Below, in pieces: positions 55,627 to 64,000 of a stretch of 64,000 bases of DNA. The stretch is taken from NCBI GenBank assembly GCA_963843555.1, contig CAWJKV010000014.1, positions 121,663 through 185,662 on the forward strand. Reading direction: 5' to 3'. A program made the translations under genes and the position numbers. The notes below the pieces were generated by a model, which was not told the origin of the DNA, ran no database searches, and saw only the letters and a list, made by a program, of their open reading frames with translations. Source of the stretch: an uncultured Methanosarcinales archaeon. GTDB taxonomy: Archaea > Halobacteriota > Methanosarcinia > Methanotrichales > Methanotrichaceae. Positions within the stretch are counted from its first letter, which is position 1. Each line of letters opens with the position of its first letter.

Positions 55627-56639
55627 GTGCCCACAACGACAACCGAACGATTGCAGTCGCGAGATTCCCGGGGCTGATCCGTGATGCCCTTCGCGACTTT
55701 CGAAAGATGACAGGGCTCACTGCCGTCACAACGCTGGGTTCGGCATCCTTGGACACGCAAACGGACAGCATGCCGTCGCCTCCTGTCCATCCCCGCTGCG
55801 CAGAACTGGTGCGAAGAACCCTCGACAAAGCCCCTTGCGATGCGGAGTGGCGGAAACATCTCCGATCCGCGGAGAAGGTCCGGGGTTGCTGGATGCATAC
55901 CTGTCCACTCGGGCTGCGTTGCGCGGGCGTTCCGATCATCCTCAACGATGAACTGATCGGCCTGGCCAAGTTCGTCTCCGGTCCGGAGATCCCCAGGGAA
56001 CGGTTTCGCTCCCTCGTCAGCCTTTTGGAAGTGTTGGTCGCTCGACCGGGCCAGGAATTCCAGGTCGCCCTTCTGCGGCAGGAGATCCAGACTCTTCAGG
56101 CCTCGGTGAACCAGTTGCGCTGGATCAAGCGACCGGGTCCGCCCACCGGAAGCGGCGATGACATGCCCCTGACCCGGGAAGAGCCCAGCGACCCGTCCCA
56201 AGACGCCCAGACCCTGATCGGCCAGCTCCTGGAGTACCTGAACGAGCACTATGCCGAAAGCGAACTCTCGCTAGGTCAAATCGCCGATGCGGTAGGCAAG
56301 AACCCGAAATACGTCACGCACCTCTTTGCGCAGCAGGTCGGGGAGCGGATGCGGACGTACATCACCACGCTTCGAGTGCGGCGTGCCTGCGAACTGCTCC
56401 TGCAGACGAATCGGACCATCGCGCAAATCGCTTCCGACTCCGGTTTTGCCCGCACCGTCCAGTTCCAGCAGTCCTTCCGCCGCACCATCGGCGTGACGGC
56501 CTCAGAGTACCGTCAGATCTTCACCGTCGGGGCCCCGCCGATGGATTCCGGGACCCAGCCTCTGGGCATGCGGCGCGGCCACAACCTCAGGCCGCGCCAG
56601 CGGACGTCAACCAAGGTGCGCACGGCAGCGGAATTCTAA
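55623..56639 (+). CDS. PocR-sensor AraC-family transcriptional regulator
   Basis: F..MTG, three conserved Cys including CPLGL..AGVPI; C-terminal AraC double HTH. Confidence 0.88.
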   Translation: MSAHNDNRTIAVARFPGLIRDALRDFRKMTGLTAVTTLGSASLDTQTDSMPSPPVHPRCAELVRRTLDKAPCDAEWRKHLRSAEKVRGCWMHTCPLGLRCAGVPIILNDELIGLAKFVSGPEIPRERFRSLVSLLEVLVARPGQEFQVALLRQEIQTLQASVNQLRWIKRPGPPTGSGDDMPLTREEPSDPSQDAQTLIGQLLEYLNEHYAESELSLGQIADAVGKNPKYVTHLFAQQVGERMRTYITTLRVRRACELLLQTNRTIAQIASDSGFARTVQFQQSFRRTIGVTASEYRQIFTVGAPPMDSGTQPLGMRRGHNLRPRQRTSTKVRTAAEF

Positions 56640-56835
56640 CTTTCCCGCAGCCCGTCCAACTTTTCAGTCTCTAGTCGTCCGTGATGCGGAAGCACAACAT
56701 CGACCGCACTCAGACTTCGCGGCGGGTGATCCGGTACCAGCGGACTTTCCGGAACGGTTTGAGCGTTTGGCTGCGGGACAGATTCACCCAGGAACTCCGG
56801 TGATTGCAGACGGATTTGCTTCTTGGAGGGCTTGT

Positions 56836-57525
56836 ATGCGCAGGTTCTTCGTGCTCGCATCAGTTGCTTTTGTCTTGATGTTCGGGACGTTCCTCCTCTG
56901 CGGCAGCGAGGCGCGGGCGGAGGAACCACAACCAGTCCGGTACGGTCTCACCATGGGCCTCAACATGGGCAAGTTGATCTGGCCTGAAAAGTGGTTGGCC
57001 GACAAAGACGATCGGCTGTCGAAGCCTACGATGCGCTTTGGCTTTGTGGCCGAGTTCTTCACCGCCAACCCGGGGATCAGCATTGGCACGGGCATCGACT
57101 ACCGAATGACCCGAGAAAAGTACCATTACTCCATCGCCGGCGTGCCGCTCTGGACCGATAGGATGGGCACCTATTTCACCGTGCCCGTCCTCATCAAGTA
57201 CACCTTGAATGAGAGCAAGGGCATGTGGCCGTTCTTCGAGCTCGGGCCGCAGGCGGGGTTCCTCCTTTCCTTTACCGGCGAGGATGATCCACCCGGCCGC
57301 CCGGAGGGGGCGCCGGCCGGGCCCCCCATGGAAATGACGCAGTTCACCCGGCGGATGTCCCTGGAACTCCGTGGCGGAGCAGGTATCGAGTTTCCGATGA
57401 GCGGCATGTTCGCGGGAGTCATCGAAGCGGGCTACGAGTACGGTCTGACCAGCATCATACTTGGGAAACTGCACAACCCCACGACGGCGCGGAATCTCTA
57501 TTTCTCGATGGGGGCCAGATTCTGA
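56836..57525 (+). CDS. Outer-membrane beta-barrel (PorT/OMP_b-brl_2-like)
   Basis: Signal peptide, YFTVPVLIKY, GPQAGFLL, YEYGL and terminal Phe. Confidence 0.8.
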   Translation: MRRFFVLASVAFVLMFGTFLLCGSEARAEEPQPVRYGLTMGLNMGKLIWPEKWLADKDDRLSKPTMRFGFVAEFFTANPGISIGTGIDYRMTREKYHYSIAGVPLWTDRMGTYFTVPVLIKYTLNESKGMWPFFELGPQAGFLLSFTGEDDPPGRPEGAPAGPPMEMTQFTRRMSLELRGGAGIEFPMSGMFAGVIEAGYEYGLTSIILGKLHNPTTARNLYFSMGARF

Positions 57526-57550
57526 TCCTTCGCCAGAAAGGGAACCTAAC

Positions 57551-58051
57551 ATGTCACGCCAACGATCCTGGGCAGTTTGCCTCGTGGCCATCGTTACGGC
57601 CGGGTTGACCGGGCTGGCCGGCCCGTTCGCCGCGGCCCAGGTCGCCACTCCGGCACCGATCCTCAAACCGGTCTTCATAGTCCTGACGAGTGGGGTTTCC
57701 GACACGCCTCGCTGCATGATGGCTTTCGGACTTGCCGAGAGCGCCCTGGACGCGGGTCGGAAAGTTGTCGTCTACCTGGATGTCAGCGCACCCGAGCTGG
57801 CCAGGAAGAACAAGTCGGACAAGCCCTTCGTCGCCGGCCGCCGCACGGCTGCGGCAAGAGGCATGGAGGCGAGCGCTTCTCTGCAGAAGGCGCTTGGTGC
57901 GCTGATGGCCAAAGGCGCGAAGGTCTATGTGTGCCCCATGTGCATCAAGACCCTGAAGATCACCCAGGACTCGCTGCTGGACGGCATCACCATCTTGACC
58001 GACAGCGAACTCCTGGACATGACGAGTGACGCCACGGTGCTCTCGTACTGA
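57551..58051 (+). CDS. Exported DsrE/F-like protein
   Basis: Signal peptide, V.VYLDV.AP.L and VYVCPMC..LSY. Confidence 0.8.
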   Translation: MSRQRSWAVCLVAIVTAGLTGLAGPFAAAQVATPAPILKPVFIVLTSGVSDTPRCMMAFGLAESALDAGRKVVVYLDVSAPELARKNKSDKPFVAGRRTAAARGMEASASLQKALGALMAKGAKVYVCPMCIKTLKITQDSLLDGITILTDSELLDMTSDATVLSY

Positions 58052-58175
58052 CCGGACCTGCATTGGGGAACGGGAGAAACGCCTTGAACTCTTAGCTCGG
58101 CGGCTGCGAATTGTTCGAATTCGATGATCCGGATCCGGACCGTGGCACGGCCCATCTGCTGGAGGGATCTGCAGG

Positions 58176-61242
<3,067 letters not shown>

Positions 61243-61437
61243 GTCCGATCCTTGGTTACGGCCCCAAACCCAGCGGCCGTTTCAAGCGGTTGACCGGCTG
61301 AGACGGGGTGCCCGGTGCTCCCCCGCTTCCCGCCTCCGGAGCGGTGCCGAGTCGGATTCCGCTGAGCAGATTTACACGAAGGAGTCCTGCACCGCGATTG
61401 CGCCGCGGACGTAACAGCCCGCCCAAAAGCCGCGTCT

Positions 61438-62477
61438 TCACGGCATCTGCTCCGGCAGTCCCGTGATCTGGCGCTCCTCGAGGATGCGGTTCTCGTCGAA
61501 CCGGATGATCCACAGCGCAAAGTAGGTCCCACAATTCGAGATTCGGGACACGACGACGGCCTTCTCGTCCGGCGAGAAATCGAAGGATACCCCCAAGGGG
61601 ATTTGTAGGTTCCAGTTCAGGAAGGGCCGGGGTGTGGATCCGTTTCCGTCGATCACCCACCAATCCGGATAGTCGGGATCCGGGCCCGAGTGGTTGTTCA
61701 CGTGGAAGACGATCTCCGCGCCGTGACGAAACCACTTGGGGAATTCGCATGTCCAACCGGTGCGGGTCAGGCGGACTTCCCGACTCGAGTCCGGCCACAC
61801 CCGAAACACCTCCAGGCCTGCTCCCGGGACATAGTGGGTATAGATGAAGCTCTTGCCCGACAGATCCCATCGGGGCGAGCCTCCTCCCAGGGGTGTGCCG
61901 TCGGCCAGAAGGAGACTGTGGCTCTCCAGCGTAACGGTGTCCGCGATCCGGATTCCTCCGGAATCGGCCACGCTGCCCTCCTCGGGAGAGCCAACGTAGA
62001 TAAGATGGCGTCCATCCGGATGCCAGTCCGGCGTCTGCACCATAGCCTGATGTGGATCTGCGTGACCTCGCGTGTGTCCATGTCCAGGACGAAGATCGCT
62101 CCCGCCCAGTAGTATGCGAGCTTCCTTCCGTCCGGAGAGAATCGCAGCCAATGCGCCCAGTACATCGGGCGGGTCACCAGCTCCGGCTTGCTGACGCTGT
62201 CCGGGTAGACCCGGACGATGTAGATCCCGTGCGGCGCCTGTTCGGGTACGAATGCCTCGTGCTGGAAAGCGATCGTCGTCCCGTCCGGCGACCAGGCAGG
62301 ATGCCAATCTTCTGCGACCAGGTTGGTGTCCGCAGGAGAGTCGCAAGGCGGAGGAGGGGGAGGAGGCGGTGGAGGCGGTTCCGCCGGCTTCGTGGCCTTC
62401 TCTTGGGCGCAGGCAGCCAGAGAAAGGAGCACGATCAGGGTGGCTATAGAAGGCCACCGCCCACGCACCTTGTTCAT
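61438..62477 (-). CDS. TolB/PD40-repeat lipoprotein, frameshifted near 62045
   Basis: Lipobox LAAC, poly-Pro linker, PAWSPDG, FSPDG and PDWHPDG. Confidence 0.8.
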
Positions 62478-62567
62478 GGCTGCCTCCGCCGACCCCACTC
62501 GTCCCCCGCGGGTCCCATCAGCGGATGAGCCGGCCGCCGGCGGAGAACACTGAGTCGGCCGATCTTC

Positions 62568-62996
62568 TCATTTCAGCGGGTTGCGGTGAACAAGACCGGC
62601 GAATCTCTGGTAGTCGTTATCCGCGGAGTAGAGCGTGGCCCCGTGCTCGATCGCCATCGCAGCGAGGTGCGCGTCGGAGGTCAGGTTCCCCGCTGTGCCG
62701 CTGCCGGCCAACAGAGATCGGAGAATGCGCCAATGGTCCCGGCCCGGGGAGATGGTCTCGACGCACGGCTGCTCCAGCCAGGTCTCCACGTATTCGAGCG
62801 CCTGCTCGGGTGGAAGCTGGCGGCGAAGAACACCCGGCCGAGTCGTAATTCGAAGAAACGCGAGCAGAACCACCCATGCGAGTCCGACCGGGTCACTTCG
62901 CGACAGTGTCTGTTCCAGCCACGCGTGCGCCCGCCGATGGTGCGGCGAATCGGAGTCCACGGCATAGATCAACAGGTTTGCATCGACCACGATCAC
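62568..62996 (-). CDS. vapC: Type II toxin VapC (PIN domain)
   Basis: VDANLLIYA...DAHLAAMAIEHGA.LYSAD.DY. Confidence 0.92.
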   Translation of the reverse strand: MIVVDANLLIYAVDSDSPHHRRAHAWLEQTLSRSDPVGLAWVVLLAFLRITTRPGVLRRQLPPEQALEYVETWLEQPCVETISPGRDHWRILRSLLAGSGTAGNLTSDAHLAAMAIEHGATLYSADNDYQRFAGLVHRNPLK

Positions 62997-63259
62997 CGGC
63001 GCTGCTCCAGCTTCCTGGCGATCTCCAGATCCTCAAGCGCGTCCGCCAGCTGCAGTGCCTTGGTCAGGTCCACGCCGGGATTGACCCCGCCCAGGGACGC
63101 CGGCTTGAGCCGGTATTGTTTGGGGCGGGGCCGGGCCCCTCGGGCCAGACCGGCCCGAAGAGTCTCGTCGACGATATCCCTGAAGGACTTGCCCGAGCGA
63201 TGGGCCAGATCCTTCAGCGTCTTGAAGAGCGATTCCTCTATCGTGAGTGTGGTCCTCAT
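62993..63259 (-). CDS. vapB: VapB-type RHH antitoxin
   Basis: MRTTLTIE..L...K..A...GKSF..IV.E.LR.GL; 4-bp overlap with vapC. Confidence 0.85.
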   Translation of the reverse strand: MRTTLTIEESLFKTLKDLAHRSGKSFRDIVDETLRAGLARGARPRPKQYRLKPASLGGVNPGVDLTKALQLADALEDLEIARKLEQRR

Positions 63260-63305
63260 GGAGACATCATAGCACACAGGCCCAGGACATCAAGATGCCA
63301 CATCC
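63260..63305 (-). promoter_or_regulatory. vapBC sigma70-type promoter (probably leaderless) with operator-like inverted repeat
   Basis: TTGATG-N16-TATGAT with extended TG, 6 nt before the ATG; catc-aa-gatg palindrome overlaps the -35. Confidence 0.6.
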
Positions 63306-63370
63306 TTGCCAGCGTTGCCCGGCCCGAACCGTGTCGGACCGAGGGCGCCCGCGCTCGAAGGCCACGTCCT

Positions 63371-64000
63371 CTATCCCGGCCTTTCCAGAACCTGGTACTG
63401 CACCGCTTCCGCGACATGCTCCAGCGCGATCTCCTCCGCGCCCGCCAGGTCCGCGATCGTCCGCGCCACCCGCAGGCACCGGTGCGCCGCCCGCGCGCTG
63501 AGCGAGAACGACTCCACCGCTTTCTGTAGAAGCGCCGTCGACTCGAGATCGAGCCGGCAGAACGCGTCGAGTTCGGCCAGACCCATGTCGGCGTTGACCC
63601 GCACGCGGGGACGGCCTTCGAACCGGCGCGTTGGATCGCGCGCGCAGCCGCCACGCGCCGGCGAATGGCAGCGGAGTCGTCACCCGAGGAGTCGACGGGA
63701 TGGCGGCGTTCCGGCCGCTCGGGATCCGCGTCGCGGCCGCTGCTGGACGCAGCACTCGCGTTCGGCGAGCGCGCTGCCGCCTCGAGCGAGCTGCGTTCGC
63801 GTCCAGCGGCGAACGGGCGTTCGTGGTTGCGCGGCGTCCGCAGCAAGCTCCCGCGCCGTCACCGCCGGCACCTCGACATGCATGTCGATCCGGTCCAGCA
63901 GCGGCCCGCTCAGCCGCGCCCTGTACAACTGCACCTGCCGCGGCGTGCACTTGCACGGTTTCCGCGGATGCCCGAGGAACCCGCAAGGACACGGATTCGA
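63371..64000 (-). CDS. comM: YifB/ComM Mg-chelatase-like ATPase, C-terminal part, frameshifted
   Basis: [17 protein letters not shown] and [21 protein letters not shown]...H.AEA.QY. Confidence 0.88.

Noticed and set aside
62568..64000. Genomic island integrated in comM
   Set aside because: The comM 3' end is present and no integrase or att repeat is visible; vapBC alone is not enough evidence

Overview
The window holds two very different genomes joined at about 48,860. Bases 1 to ~48,860 are moderate-GC archaeal DNA from a Methanosarcinales-type methanogen, most like Methanothrix (inference). This part carries CDC48, LonB, TldD, FmdE, CbiK, AglJ, Alba, RlmE, an archaeal RNase P RNA, UvrB, Ogg, a PolB2-type polymerase and large surface proteins. 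Bases ~48,860 to 64,000 are clearly higher-GC bacterial DNA from a diderm: lipoproteins with FN3/PD40 domains, a BNR propeller with a FlgD-Ig tail, an ECF sigma factor, a PocR-AraC regulator, an outer-membrane barrel, DsrE, a Ser/Thr kinase, VapBC and ComM/YifB. The two halves are fused inside one open reading frame with no integrase, IS or tRNA nearby, so an assembly chimera is the most likely explanation. Many genes in both halves are broken by small indels, which look like long-read consensus errors. The best candidates for undescribed biology are (i) an ECF-sigma/Ser-Thr-kinase module with PocR-AraC, OM barrel and exported DsrE genes between its two members and a Met-rich sensor loop, (ii) an ATPase + degenerate-NTPase-TPR pair, (iii) a tandem radical SAM pair, and (iv) a structured non-coding element bracketed by two covarying hairpins at 17.25-17.55 kb. 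No CRISPR array, rRNA, tRNA or intact mobile element was found.
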